DNA of 60,349 bases from Acidimicrobiales bacterium (GTDB lineage: Bacteria > Actinomycetota > Acidimicrobiia > Acidimicrobiales > SZUA-35). The stretch spans positions 37,895-98,243 of the forward strand of contig JAHDCV010000002.1 in the NCBI GenBank assembly GCA_020629695.1, in the 5' to 3' direction. Shown here piece by piece: positions 37,651 through 47,396 of the stretch. Each line of letters starts with the position of its first letter. Position 1 is the first letter of the stretch. The position numbers were made by a program, and so were the translations under genes. Under the pieces are notes generated by a model that saw nothing but the letters and a program-made list of their open reading frames with translations, had not been told where the DNA came from and did no database searches.

Positions 37651-38361
37651 TCACGCCTCGACCGGTGACCGCCGCCTCACCCGACGGGGTGCGAACTCCC
37701 GGATGTCCGCGCCGGCCGCCTCCAACCGGCCCGATGGCCCGGGGAGCAGGACCTCGACCGAGCGGGCCCGCGACGCCGACCGCCGACCGGCGGCCTCCAC
37801 ACGCACCCGACGTTGACGCAACAGGCCGTGGCCACGCTCGAGCCCCTCCCAGGCACCGGCCGAGACCCGCAGCCCCACGTCCACGGCCTGCGGCCAGCTC
37901 CGCTGATCGCCCAGCTGGAACACCAGACCGTCCCGCTCGCGGGCACGGGCGACCAGCCGACGGGCATCCCGTCGGGTGACCGGTCGGTCCGGGGACACCA
38001 CCACCACGTCGACCGCGTCGATGAGTGTCGAGGTGACCACACCCCACCGCTCCGCACCGGGCGGCTCGACCACCACGACCCGATCGAGCGGCACACCCAG
38101 CTCACTCGCCGCCGCGAGATTGAAGCCACCGACGCCGACCAGCGCGACCCACCCGTCAGCACCCATGACCTCGGCGACGAGGGCAGCCACCAAGGACGAG
38201 GCTCCGTCGCCGTCGAATCCGACGGTCCAACCCGGTTGCAGACCTCCCATCGGGAACAACGGCCGCAGGGGCTCGGGCACCGGGCGGAGCCGCTCGACCG
38301 CGAGTGTCACCGGTGCCACCCGCTCGATCAGTTCCGCCAGCTCTGCACGGGAGGTCGACAT
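37651..38361 (-). CDS. imuA': ImuA' (RecA-fold/SulA-like mutasome subunit)
   Basis: MSTSRAELAELIERV...GGLQPGWTVGFDGDGASSLVAALVAEVMGADGWVALVGVGGFNLAAASELGVPLDRVVVVEPP. A degenerate RecA-like P-loop region typical of ImuA'. Confidence 0.75.
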   Translation of the reverse strand: MSTSRAELAELIERVAPVTLAVERLRPVPEPLRPLFPMGGLQPGWTVGFDGDGASSLVAALVAEVMGADGWVALVGVGGFNLAAASELGVPLDRVVVVEPPGAERWGVVTSTLIDAVDVVVVSPDRPVTRRDARRLVARARERDGLVFQLGDQRSWPQAVDVGLRVSAGAWEGLERGHGLLRQRRVRVEAAGRRSASRARSVEVLLPGPSGRLEAAGADIREFAPRRVRRRSPVEA

Positions 38362-38371
38362 CACCCCATCA

Positions 38372-38387
38372 TCGAACACTTGTTCGA
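38372..38387. promoter_or_regulatory. LexA (Cheo) box TCGAAC-ACTT-GTTCGA upstream of imuA'
   Basis: Matches 12/12 of the consensus, 11 nt upstream of the imuA' ATG. Confidence 0.85.
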
Positions 38388-38422
38388 CGATGGCAACACG
38401 CGCGACCAGAAGGGCGCCGACA

Positions 38423-39385
38423 CTAGGACTCGATCACCACCGGGACTCCCTCCGGATGGGCGGGAGCGGCCTCGATGGCCCGGATCTCGACGTCGAGCCC
38501 GGCGACCGCGGCGAGCACGGCTTCCACCCCTCCCTCGGGCATCAACCCCACGACCGCGCCACCCGACCCCGTGAACGTCGCCGGAATCCCCGCTTCCGAC
38601 AGCCGATCGATCGGGATGAGCTGCGCCGGAGCGACCGGGGCGAGGGTTCGCCGGATCGCCATGTTCTCGGCCATCAGCGCGCCGAACCGAACCGTGTCGC
38701 CCCATCGCAGCGCGGCGCGCCCGTCGAGCACGAGCGCGGCCAGCCGCTGCAGGCTCCGGCGAACCACCGCATCGCCGTCGTCGAATCGGGCCCGGAGCAC
38801 GCGATGGAACCCGTCCGAAGGTTCGGCCGCTCCGGTTCGCCAGCCGAGGAACAACGCCGGAAGCCGCTCGGGATCCACCGCCTCGTCCTCGCCGTGACGC
38901 ACACCGAAGCGCGCCTCGGACCGCAACTCCGAGAAGTCCATCGCCACCAATCCCCCGCGGCTCTGCACCACACGGTCCTGCAGCCCCGCGGCGATCCCGA
39001 GACGTCCGGTCTCGACCCCGAGCGCCACCGGTGGGAGCACCGCAGCCGGCCACGTCAGCCCCGCGTGTCGACCGAGAACCGACAACGCGGCGAGCACCAG
39101 GGCCGACGAGCCGGCCAGGCCGACGGCGCGGGGGATCCCGGTCGAATACCGCAGCTGGAACCCTCCCGGCCGATCCAGACCGAGCCCGTCCAGCACATCG
39201 CAGAAGGTCCGGATCGTCGCCGTCAGCAGTTGCGTTCCCGTCCCCAACCCGTGCCGGTCGACATCGGTGCACAACGCGTCGAGATCCACCCATGCGGGCG
39301 CGTCGCCGGGACCGGGCACCACGACCACGTCGTCGGCCGGCTCGAGCTCGACGGTGGCGGCCATTCCGGCCACGGCCATCGCCAA
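38423..39385 (-). CDS. GHMP-family kinase
   Basis: The ATP-binding motif P..GLAGSSA (AVGLAGSSALVLAAL) is present. 320 aa; substrate unknown. Confidence 0.55.
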   Translation of the reverse strand: MAMAVAGMAATVELEPADDVVVVPGPGDAPAWVDLDALCTDVDRHGLGTGTQLLTATIRTFCDVLDGLGLDRPGGFQLRYSTGIPRAVGLAGSSALVLAALSVLGRHAGLTWPAAVLPPVALGVETGRLGIAAGLQDRVVQSRGGLVAMDFSELRSEARFGVRHGEDEAVDPERLPALFLGWRTGAAEPSDGFHRVLRARFDDGDAVVRRSLQRLAALVLDGRAALRWGDTVRFGALMAENMAIRRTLAPVAPAQLIPIDRLSEAGIPATFTGSGGAVVGLMPEGGVEAVLAAVAGLDVEIRAIEAAPAHPEGVPVVIES

Positions 39386-39465
39386 GGTCCGACCGCCGTA
39401 CCCGTCGGACGGATTCCCGAGCAGCCCGACCCGGGCCGGGACTCGGCAGACGAGGTGTCCGCTCA

Positions 39466-39783
39466 GGCGAAATCCTCGGGCTGGGGAATCGGCACCCCTG
39501 GCTTGTAGTGGATGTAGAGGTCCCGCAAGACGTCGGCGAGGCCGTCGGAGGTCTCCCCGGCGGTGAGCGTCACCGTGATCGTCTGGGCGTAGACGTGCAC
39601 CTTGTCCACCTGACCCGTCGAGAACAACAACCGGGCGATCTCGTCGGGCGGACGATCCCCGGTCACCTCCTGGTCGAGCAGATAACGCTCGTGGCCCATG
39701 CCGGTGAAGTTGCGGTTGGTCTCGAAACGCACCACGCCGTGGCGAGACGATGGACGTTCGACGACGGTGACTGGCTCTCCCAT
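39466..39783 (-). CDS. Nfu_N-domain protein (Fe-S scaffold N-terminal-like)
   Basis: About 105 aa: MGEPVTVVERPSSRHGVVRFETNRNFTGMGHERY...DKVHVYAQTITVT. The upstream part of the ORF is spurious. Confidence 0.45.
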
Positions 39784-39796
39784 AACGGGCCGAAGG

Positions 39797-40177
39797 CTAG
39801 CGGGGTCCGGCCATCGATGGCGAGGTCTGATCGGCGGGTCGGCCGTGCCACCAGGCGAGACCCGCCAATCCGATCGACACGAGAGCGAGCACGGTGTGCA
39901 CGGCGATGAAACCGAGCTCGTGATCGGCGACCGCGATCTGCACACCACGCACGGCCCACACCGTCGCCGTGAGCACCGACAGGCAGACGACGACCGCCCG
40001 ATGGCGCCCCCGTGCCACGAACCAGACGGCGACGACGGCGAGGGCCAGGCCACAGAACACCACGGCCAGGACGAACGACACCGGCGCGTCCTCGTCGCCG
40101 CGGATCAGGTTGCGGAGACGACCACCCCAGACGAACAGCGTCCAGGCCACGAGGATCAGCCAGGCGATCACGACCAC
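39797..40177 (-). CDS. small integral membrane protein (about 4 TM), hypothetical
   Basis: Hydrophobic helices VVIAWLILVAWTLFVW, FVLAVVFCGLALAVVAVWFV, VVVCLSVLTATVWAV, IAVHTVLALVSIGLAGLAWW. Start uncertain (GTG about 40177). Confidence 0.4.
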   Translation of the reverse strand: MVVIAWLILVAWTLFVWGGRLRNLIRGDEDAPVSFVLAVVFCGLALAVVAVWFVARGRHRAVVVCLSVLTATVWAVRGVQIAVADHELGFIAVHTVLALVSIGLAGLAWWHGRPADQTSPSMAGPR

Positions 40178-40208
40178 TCCGTCGACGTCATCGGGTTCAT
40201 CGGGGCCA

Positions 40209-40904
40209 TCAGAAGAGCGTCTCCTGCCCGCCGGGCACGAGGCGTGGTTGCGCCGACCAGGGGTTCGAGTCCATGAACGCCCACGAGCGGCGGTGGATCG
40301 ACGTCGCGCCATACCCGACCAACGCCGTCTGGTGCCGAGGACAGGGGTAGCCCTTGTTGTCGTCGAACGCGTAGGCCGGGAAGTTCTCGGCATCAGCCCG
40401 CATCAGGCGGTCCCGGGTCACCTTCGCGAGAATCGACGCTGCCGCGATCGAGACGGATCTCGCGTCGCCCTTCACGAGGGTGATGGTGCGGCGATGACCG
40501 ACGAAGTCCCAGTTGCCGTCGACCAGCACGGCATCGACGGGGAAGGCCAACCCATCGAGCGCCCGACGGGTGGCGAGTCGCTGGGCATCCGACATCCCCA
40601 GCCGATCACACTCGTCGGGCCAGACGTGGCCGACCGCCCAGGAGTCGGCCCAATCGACGATGCGGTCGTACATGGCCTCGCGCTCGGCTTCGGTGAGCTG
40701 CTTGGAGTCGCGCAGCTTGTAGATCCGACGATCCTTCGGCACGACCACGGCCCCGACCGTCAAGGGTCCGGCCCACGCGCCACGTCCGACCTCGTCCACG
40801 CCGACCACGATCGACGCCCCCGAACGCCAGAGCGCTCGCTCCTCACCGAGCCCGGGCGCCGACTTCTTCAGTGCGGAGCGGAGTTGAGGCACGGAACGGC
40901 TCAC
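40209..40904 (-). CDS. rnhB: ribonuclease HII
   Basis: IVVGVDEVGRGAWAGPLTVGAVVV, DSKQLT, LVDGN motifs. GTG start at 40904 by frame arithmetic. Confidence 0.85.
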   Translation of the reverse strand: MSRSVPQLRSALKKSAPGLGEERALWRSGASIVVGVDEVGRGAWAGPLTVGAVVVPKDRRIYKLRDSKQLTEAEREAMYDRIVDWADSWAVGHVWPDECDRLGMSDAQRLATRRALDGLAFPVDAVLVDGNWDFVGHRRTITLVKGDARSVSIAAASILAKVTRDRLMRADAENFPAYAFDDNKGYPCPRHQTALVGYGATSIHRRSWAFMDSNPWSAQPRLVPGGQETLF

Positions 40905-40998
40905 CCCCCGGATCGTACGTCCGTGGGCCGCCGGTGACCGCTCAGTGCCGTTCGGAGAGCTAGATTGACGACTCCCGCCTCTTGGAGTCCCGCATCTC

Positions 40999-42165
40999 AT
41001 GCAGAACACGCATCGGCTTCCGCAAGTCCTGCTCGTCGCTCTGGCGTCGCTGGCCCTGATCCTCGGCTTCGCGCCCACCGCCGGATCACAGACCCTGATC
41101 GACTCGGGCACCTCGACCGACCCGACCGTGCTCCCCCCGGAGCCGAACTGCGGCGACCCCATCGACGTGTCGGTGCTCACCGGCGACGAGGCGAACTCAC
41201 TCTCCCCGCCCCGCTTCGGCATCGGCGGCGGCATGGTCCCGACCGCCGAGGTCGCCGTCGACCTGCCCGCTGGCCGCTATCGCATCGAGTCCGTGACCGT
41301 GGATCGCTACGACATCCGGGCGACGACCGGCCTCCAGGCCAACGAGCAGGTGCGGCTGCGCTTCTTCTCCGGAGCCACCGAGCAGGACGTGACGCCCTAC
41401 ACCGTCGACCTGATCGATGGTTTCGAAGCGGCCTGGGCCATCACGGACCTGGGTGTGGTGGATCTGGCCGACGGAGCCGACCGCATCGTCGTCGAGCACT
41501 ACGGCCACAACAACGCCATCAACTCCCCCGACTCGCTGAAGGTCTCGTCGATCTGTGCGCTTCTCGAGGAGCCCGCGCCGACGACGACCACCACCGACCC
41601 GTGCGCTGACGACGACGGCGACGACGACGGCATCCCGGCCGCCAACGACATCGACGACCCCTGCGGCCCCTGCACCGACGGCGACAACGACGGCATCACC
41701 GCCGACAACGACATCGACGACCCCTGCGGCCCGTGTGCTGACGGCGACGGCGACGATGACGGCATCCCGGCCGCCAACGACATCGACGACCCCTGCGGCC
41801 CCTGCACCGACGGCGACAACGACGGCATCACCGCCGACAACGATGCCGACGACCCCTGCGGTTCGACGACGACGACCCAGCCGACGACCACGACGACCGA
41901 AGCCCCGACGACCACGACGACGCCGCCGCCGACCGTGGCCCCGACGACGGTCATCCGCACCTCGACGACCGCTCCGGCGACCACCACGACCGCAGGCGAC
42001 ACCGAGACGACCCCGACCGCTTCGGTGCTCGGCGTCCAGCAGGATCGTGATGATCTCGCCGTGACCGGTTCGAGCACGCTCCGTCTCGTGTGGATCGGTT
42101 CGCTGGCCACCGCCGTCGGTGTCCTGCTCATCGCCTTTGCGGTGCGTCGACGCGAGTTCGGCTGA
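40999..42165 (+). CDS. cell-wall-anchored surface protein: signal peptide, TSP3-like Ca-binding repeats, Thr/Pro linker, LAXTG sortase (class E) sorting signal
   Basis: N-terminal signal peptide. 4 repeats of D.DDPCGPCTDGDNDGI.ADND. A TTTTEAPTTTTTPPPT linker. C-terminal LAVTG plus a hydrophobic helix and an RRREFG tail. Confidence 0.7.
   Translation: MQNTHRLPQVLLVALASLALILGFAPTAGSQTLIDSGTSTDPTVLPPEPNCGDPIDVSVLTGDEANSLSPPRFGIGGGMVPTAEVAVDLPAGRYRIESVTVDRYDIRATTGLQANEQVRLRFFSGATEQDVTPYTVDLIDGFEAAWAITDLGVVDLADGADRIVVEHYGHNNAINSPDSLKVSSICALLEEPAPTTTTTDPCADDDGDDDGIPAANDIDDPCGPCTDGDNDGITADNDIDDPCGPCADGDGDDDGIPAANDIDDPCGPCTDGDNDGITADNDADDPCGSTTTTQPTTTTTEAPTTTTTPPPTVAPTTVIRTSTTAPATTTTAGDTETTPTASVLGVQQDRDDLAVTGSSTLRLVWIGSLATAVGVLLIAFAVRRREFG
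41605..41865. repeat. about 120-bp tandem repeat (about 2 copies; about 60-bp sub-units) encoding the TSP3-like repeats
   Basis: gacgacggcatcccggccgccaacgacatcgacgacccctgcggcccctgcaccgacggcgacaacgacggcatcaccgccgacaacga... recurs. Confidence 0.7.
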
Positions 42166-42196
42166 TCCGAGTCCCGGCCCCGGCCGGGGCGCCAGG

Positions 42197-43753
42197 TCAG
42201 GAGAAACTCTGACCCTCGGCCGGTGCCGCTTCGACACCGGTTCGTTGACCGGACAGGAGCGTCTCTCCCTTCGCGTCGAGCGTCGACCACTCGGCGTCGA
42301 GGGCGGAGCACCGCAGACGGACCGGTTCGGGCGCGTCGAGATCCCAGAGCAGGGCCGGGCGCTCCCCGTGCCAGCGGATCGCGAACGAGAGACGACCGAA
42401 GACCGTGGGTAGCCCGATCACCTCCAGGGAGCCACCTCGCCACGCGGCGAGATGGCCCGGAGCGAGGTCGAGCTCGGCCCCGGTGCCCACACCGACCTCG
42501 TCGACGATGACGTCACGAACGGCGTCCCAGGCGATGACCGCCGCACGGACGTCGTCATCGGCACCGAATCGACCGCTGTCGCCCCGGGCCTCGATCAGGG
42601 CCGTGATCCGTCCGGCGACGTCGGTCCGATCCTTCGGCGGTTCGACGCCACGAGCCAGATCGGCTGCCGCATCCGCCTGTCCGGAACGATGGGCCAGGCG
42701 GGCCACCGCCGACTTCGCCCGACCCACGAGGTCGGCGTCGGCGCCGCGCCGGTCGATCCGCCCCAGCGTCCCGACACCCGCCTCGAGGAGAAGGTCGAGG
42801 TGAGCCGGGTCGAGCCCATCGGCCGACAGGAGGGCCGAGGCCTCCAGGACCTGCAGCGCAACGGCGGGATCCGATTCCGAACGCCCCCGGGCGGCAGCAT
42901 CGATCAGTGCGATCCCGACATCGGCGCCACGCCCGGTCGAGGTCATCGGCCACCACGTCGTCGGGCCGCCGCGGCCGTCACCACCCTCCAGGAGGATCCT
43001 GGCGCGGGCGCCGTCCGCCAGCTCGGACACGGCGTCGTCGGGCAGGGCGATTCGTCCACCGGCCTCGAGCAGCGCGTCCCAGCCGTCCGTGACCTGTGAG
43101 AGCGCCGGCAGCCGGCCGAGCGATGCACCCGTCGCCGGGGCGAGGGCCACGCGCAAGGTGGCCGTGTGCGGGAGCGGGAAGACGAGCACACCGTTCGCCG
43201 ACTGACCCTCGACTGATGCCGGGCCGTCGGAGACGACCTGTCCGGCGGTGATCCGCTCGGCGAGTTCGTCGGTGCCGAGGCTCCGCTCCACGGGCGAACG
43301 TTCGGCGATCAGGACGTCGTCGCCGATGCGCAACTGCGCTCCGTCGAACCGGAGCGACGGCTGGCCGGGAGCACCATCCAGACCGACGGGTCGAACAGCC
43401 AGCGCGATCGCGACCGCACTCGAGGTCGTGTTCTCGATCTCGACCACGACCCCTTGTCCCCCACCGACGACGACGGCACCGACACGCTGGAGGATGTCGC
43501 CACCGGGAACCCGCACCATGGTCTCGACCACCGGGCCCGCTCCGAGTCGGCGCTGGCGGACCGCGGATTCGACCGCGGGCACGTACCAACGATCCCCGCC
43601 ACCGATCCACCAGTCGAGCGTCCAGTCCCGACCGTCGAGTTGCACCGCACCCCCGCCATCGAGCCGAGCGGTCTGCCCGGCGTCGAGGGTGCCGAGTGCG
43701 GTCGAGCCGGCATCGGCCGGACGGGCGACGGAACGAGGACCGAAGCGTGACAT
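42197..43753 (-). CDS. hypothetical protein, 518 aa (conserved-looking, no domain recognised)
   Basis: Long ORF with ordinary codon usage and no internal overlap. Convergent with the LAXTG protein gene. Confidence 0.4.
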   Translation of the reverse strand: MSRFGPRSVARPADAGSTALGTLDAGQTARLDGGGAVQLDGRDWTLDWWIGGGDRWYVPAVESAVRQRRLGAGPVVETMVRVPGGDILQRVGAVVVGGGQGVVVEIENTTSSAVAIALAVRPVGLDGAPGQPSLRFDGAQLRIGDDVLIAERSPVERSLGTDELAERITAGQVVSDGPASVEGQSANGVLVFPLPHTATLRVALAPATGASLGRLPALSQVTDGWDALLEAGGRIALPDDAVSELADGARARILLEGGDGRGGPTTWWPMTSTGRGADVGIALIDAAARGRSESDPAVALQVLEASALLSADGLDPAHLDLLLEAGVGTLGRIDRRGADADLVGRAKSAVARLAHRSGQADAAADLARGVEPPKDRTDVAGRITALIEARGDSGRFGADDDVRAAVIAWDAVRDVIVDEVGVGTGAELDLAPGHLAAWRGGSLEVIGLPTVFGRLSFAIRWHGERPALLWDLDAPEPVRLRCSALDAEWSTLDAKGETLLSGQRTGVEAAPAEGQSFS

Positions 43754-43837
43754 GGGCGGCAGGGTACGGGCGCCGGGCTCCGGCGGAGACGCCGAACCCG
43801 ACCGGAGTCATCGTCGGCGTCGGCGGCCAGTGACGGT

Positions 43838-44860
43838 TCAGCTCCCGCCGGCCCGCACCATCCACGGCGCTTCGTGCGTGAGGCGACCGCGGAGCAAGCG
43901 GTCGTGCGCCCAGCTGGCCTCCAGCCCGTCGTGGCACACCGCATAGACCTGCGAGGCGATCGGCAGGTTCAGCTCGTGCTTCTCGGCCAGCTCCATCACG
44001 ACGCGGACGGCCTTGACCCCCTCGGCCACCTGGTCCATCTCGCCGAGGATCTCGTCGATCGTCCGACCCGCGCCGAGTGCCCGGCCGACGCTTCCGTTGC
44101 GCGACTGCGGGCTGATGCAGGTCGCCAGCAGGTCCCCCATCCCGGCGAGGCCGGCCAGGGTCATCGCGTCGCCCCCGAGCGCCGTCCCCAACTCGATCAG
44201 CTCGGCGAGCCCGCGGGTGATCACGGCCGAGCGGGCGTTGTCGCCGAGTCCCATGCCCTCGCAACTGCCGGCGGCGATCGCGTAGACGTTCTTCAGCGCA
44301 CCGCCGAGCTCGCAGCCGATCACATCGTGGTGGAGGAAAACCCGGAAGGTGGGCGTGGTGAAGATCGACTGGAGCCGTTCGGCGATGTTGAGTTCCGAGA
44401 GGGCGATCACCGCACCGGCGGGTTGGCCCGCCAGGATCTCCTTCGCGAGATTCGGCCCGGTCAACACACCGCGGGGCCGGTCGGGTAGCTCCTGCTCGAT
44501 GATCTCGGTCATCCGGAGGTTCGTCCCCTCCTCGAAGCCCTTGGCCAGGGAGACGACCGGCACCCACGGCCGGATGCTCTCGGCGACGATCTTGGCCGTG
44601 GCGCGGAACGCCGAGGTCGGCACGCCCATGATCAGCAGGTCGGTCTCGGCGACCGCCTGTTCGAGATCGGTCGTGGCCCGCAGCGACGGATGCAGGTCGT
44701 AGCCAGCGAGGTAGCGCGGGTTCTGGTGCTTCGTGTTGATCGCCTCCACGACACCCGGGTCGCGGGCCCAGATCGTGGTGGGCGCGTTGTGCGCCGAGAG
44801 GTGGGCGACGGTGGTTCCCCAGGAGCCACCACCGAGCACGGTCACGCGTAGATCGGCCAT
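43838..44860 (-). CDS. gpsA: NAD(P)H-dependent glycerol-3-phosphate dehydrogenase
   Basis: MADLRVTVLGGGSWGTT Rossmann motif. KGFE, GALKNV motifs. Confidence 0.9.
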   Translation of the reverse strand: MADLRVTVLGGGSWGTTVAHLSAHNAPTTIWARDPGVVEAINTKHQNPRYLAGYDLHPSLRATTDLEQAVAETDLLIMGVPTSAFRATAKIVAESIRPWVPVVSLAKGFEEGTNLRMTEIIEQELPDRPRGVLTGPNLAKEILAGQPAGAVIALSELNIAERLQSIFTTPTFRVFLHHDVIGCELGGALKNVYAIAAGSCEGMGLGDNARSAVITRGLAELIELGTALGGDAMTLAGLAGMGDLLATCISPQSRNGSVGRALGAGRTIDEILGEMDQVAEGVKAVRVVMELAEKHELNLPIASQVYAVCHDGLEASWAHDRLLRGRLTHEAPWMVRAGGS

Positions 44861-44997
44861 GCGGATCGAACCTAGTCGGCGAGCTGCCGGAGGACCGACG
44901 CGACACGCGCCACGGCATTCCCGGCCGACGGCGTCGGGAGAGGACGCACACCCGAACACCGCGTTAGCGTGACCGGGTGCCGAGTTCGTCCACACCG

Positions 44998-45603
44998 GTG
45001 ATGATCCCGGTCAAGGCTTTCGATCTCGCGAAGGGGCGACTGGCGGACCGCCTGGACGCTGGGCAACGGGCACGGCTCGCCGAGGCGATGGCCACCCGGG
45101 TGGTCCGGGCCGCCGGGCCACTCCCGGTCTGGATCGTCTGCGACGACCCGGCGGTGGCCCGCTGGGCGGTGCGGATCGGCGCCCATCTTCTGTGGCGTCC
45201 CGCCCAGGGCCTGAACCACGCCGTGGAACAGGCGCGGTCCTTCGCCCGGGCGAACGGCCACGAGCACGCGATCATCGCCCATGCCGATCTCCCGATGGCC
45301 GACGATCTGACGTTCTTGCTCGATCGACCGGAGCCGTCCGTGCTCGTCACCGACCGTCATGGCGACGGAACCAACGTCTGGATGCTGCCCACGAAGCCGA
45401 CCATCGAGTTCGGCTACGGCCCCGGATCGGCGGCCCGACACGTCGCCCACGCCGCGGAGGCCGGCATCGGTGTGACGGTGATCCAGCACGACACGTTGAG
45501 CTGGGACGTCGACACCCCCGACGACCTCACCGGTCTACCCGACGACCTGCTCGCAGCGTTGCAGCCCGACCCGACCACCACGATCCAGGCGGACGAGACA
45601 TGA
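44998..45603 (+). CDS. cofC: 2-phospho-L-lactate / PEP guanylyltransferase (CofC/FbiD), F420 biosynthesis
   Basis: MIPVKAFDLAKGRL N-terminus and the overall MobA-like fold. The gpsA-fbiD adjacency is as in mycobacteria. Confidence 0.75.
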   Translation: MMIPVKAFDLAKGRLADRLDAGQRARLAEAMATRVVRAAGPLPVWIVCDDPAVARWAVRIGAHLLWRPAQGLNHAVEQARSFARANGHEHAIIAHADLPMADDLTFLLDRPEPSVLVTDRHGDGTNVWMLPTKPTIEFGYGPGSAARHVAHAAEAGIGVTVIQHDTLSWDVDTPDDLTGLPDDLLAALQPDPTTTIQADET

Positions 45604-46367
45604 CCGAGGCCCAGAATCCGCTCACGCCGGCTCCCGTCCGGCTCGGCGTGCACACGACCGACCTGGCGACGCCGAGGCGTGCGCTGGCCGTGGGAGCCCA
45701 CCCGGACGACGTCGACTTCTTCGCCGGTGGCACGCTCGCCAAATGGGCTGCCGACGGGTGTGAGGTCTCGGTCTGTGTGTGCACCGACGGCTCCAAGGGG
45801 ACGTGGGATCCCGACGCCGACGAGGCCGAGTTGATCGAGACACGTCAGCGGGAGCAGCGAGCCGCCGCCGCCGCCCTCGGCGCGACCGGACAGGTCGTGT
45901 TCCTCGGCCACACCGACGGCGAACTGGAGTCCGGGCTCGCCCAGCGGGCACAGATGGCGCTGGTCATCCGCGAGCTGCGTCCCGACGTCGTCCTCGGGCA
46001 CGATCCGTGGAAGCGCTACCGGCTCCATCCGGATCACCGGAACGCCGGCCTGCTCGTGACCGAGGGGATCGTCGCCGCCCGCGACCCGAAGTTCTTCCCC
46101 GACCAGCCGTTCCCGCATCACCGACCCGACCGCCTCCTGCTGTGGGAGGCCGACGAGCCGGATCACGCCGAGGACACGACCGGCTGGTTCGACGCCAAGT
46201 ACGCCGCACTCATGGCACACGAGTCGCAGTTCGAGTCGACGATGAAGTCGGGCGACGACCCCGGACTCGACGGGTTCCGTCAGCGGGTGCTCGGGAAGCT
46301 CACCGCAGCCGGTGACGCCGCGGGCATGGTCGAGGCCGAAGTCTTCAAGCTCATCGACGACCTGTGA
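45600..46367 (+). CDS. PIG-L/LmbE-family N-acetylglucosaminyl deacetylase
   Basis: AHPDDVDF motif and H..H..D metal ligands ([13 protein letters not shown]). Its ATG overlaps the cofC stop (ATGA). Confidence 0.7.
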   Translation: MTEAQNPLTPAPVRLGVHTTDLATPRRALAVGAHPDDVDFFAGGTLAKWAADGCEVSVCVCTDGSKGTWDPDADEAELIETRQREQRAAAAALGATGQVVFLGHTDGELESGLAQRAQMALVIRELRPDVVLGHDPWKRYRLHPDHRNAGLLVTEGIVAARDPKFFPDQPFPHHRPDRLLLWEADEPDHAEDTTGWFDAKYAALMAHESQFESTMKSGDDPGLDGFRQRVLGKLTAAGDAAGMVEAEVFKLIDDL

Positions 46368-47319
46368 CGGGTTCGGCGGCCAGCTCGACGTCGAGACGTT
46401 CGAGCAGGTCGCTGTCTGCGTCGTCGCCGGGGTTGTCGGCCGTGAGCAGGCGGTCACCGAGGAAGATCGAGTTCGCACCGGCATGAAGGCAGAGCGCCTG
46501 GAGCTCGTCGGTCATCGAGCTCCGCCCGGCGGACAAACGCACGACCGAGGCCGGCATCATCAGCCGAGCCGCGGCGATGGTACGCACCAACTCGAGACCG
46601 TCGAGGTCCTCGACATCGGCCAGCGGGGTGCCCGGGATGCGGATCAGCAGGTTGATCGGCACGGACTCCGGGTGCGGATCGAGCCGGGCGAGCTCGGCGA
46701 GCAGGCCGGCGCGATCCCGCCGTGACTCACCCATGCCGACGATGCCTCCGGCGCAGAGACCGAGGCCGGCGTCACGGCAGTGACCGAGGGTCTCGAGGCG
46801 GTCCTCGTAGGTCCTCGTCGTGATGATCTCGCCGTAGAACTCGGGCGAGGTGTCCAGGTTGTGGTTGTAGAAGTCGAGCCCGGCTGCGGCGAGTCGCCGC
46901 GCCTGGGGCTCGGTCAACATCCCGAGCGTCACGCAGGTCTCCATCCCGAGCGCACCGACCGCTTCGACGGTGCCGGCGACCTGCTCCACCTGCCGGTCGT
47001 TGGGTGCCCGCCAGGCCGCGCCCATGCAGAAACGGGTGGCCCCGGCCGCCTTCGCCGCTTCGGCCGCGGTCACGATCTCGTCATGGTCCATGAGCGGCTC
47101 CGGCTTGAGCCCGGTCATGTGCACCGCCGACTGCGGGCAGTAGGCGCAGTCCTCGGGACACGCACCGGTCTTGATCGAGAGCAGCATCGCCCCTTCGATC
47201 TCGGACGGATCGAACCGCTCGATGTGGGCGAGATGGGCGGTGGACAGCAGATCGTGGAACGGTCGTTCGATCAGCGCGAGGGCCTCGTCGGCGGTCCAGT
47301 CGTGTCGCAGCTCGGTCAT
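46351..47319 (-). CDS. bioB: biotin synthase
   Basis: Radical-SAM cluster motif CPEDCAYC. The [12 protein letters not shown] motif characteristic of BioB. Confidence 0.9.
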   Translation of the reverse strand: MTELRHDWTADEALALIERPFHDLLSTAHLAHIERFDPSEIEGAMLLSIKTGACPEDCAYCPQSAVHMTGLKPEPLMDHDEIVTAAEAAKAAGATRFCMGAAWRAPNDRQVEQVAGTVEAVGALGMETCVTLGMLTEPQARRLAAAGLDFYNHNLDTSPEFYGEIITTRTYEDRLETLGHCRDAGLGLCAGGIVGMGESRRDRAGLLAELARLDPHPESVPINLLIRIPGTPLADVEDLDGLELVRTIAAARLMMPASVVRLSAGRSSMTDELQALCLHAGANSIFLGDRLLTADNPGDDADSDLLERLDVELAAEPVTGRR

Positions 47320-47396
47320 GGGGCGAGGGTGGCGGCGTGGGGTGGGGATTTGCAACGGGATCCCCTCGGTAACCGGTCACGTGTCACGCTGGTGCG

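Noticed and set aside
36332-38047. 571-aa minus-strand ORF spanning the MFS and imuA' genes
   Set aside because: It is in a different frame from two well-supported genes and is Arg/Gly-rich.
42978-44951. 657-aa minus-strand ORF
   Set aside because: It lies in the alternative frame over gpsA and the hypothetical gene. It is extremely Arg/Gly/Pro-rich and has no start context.
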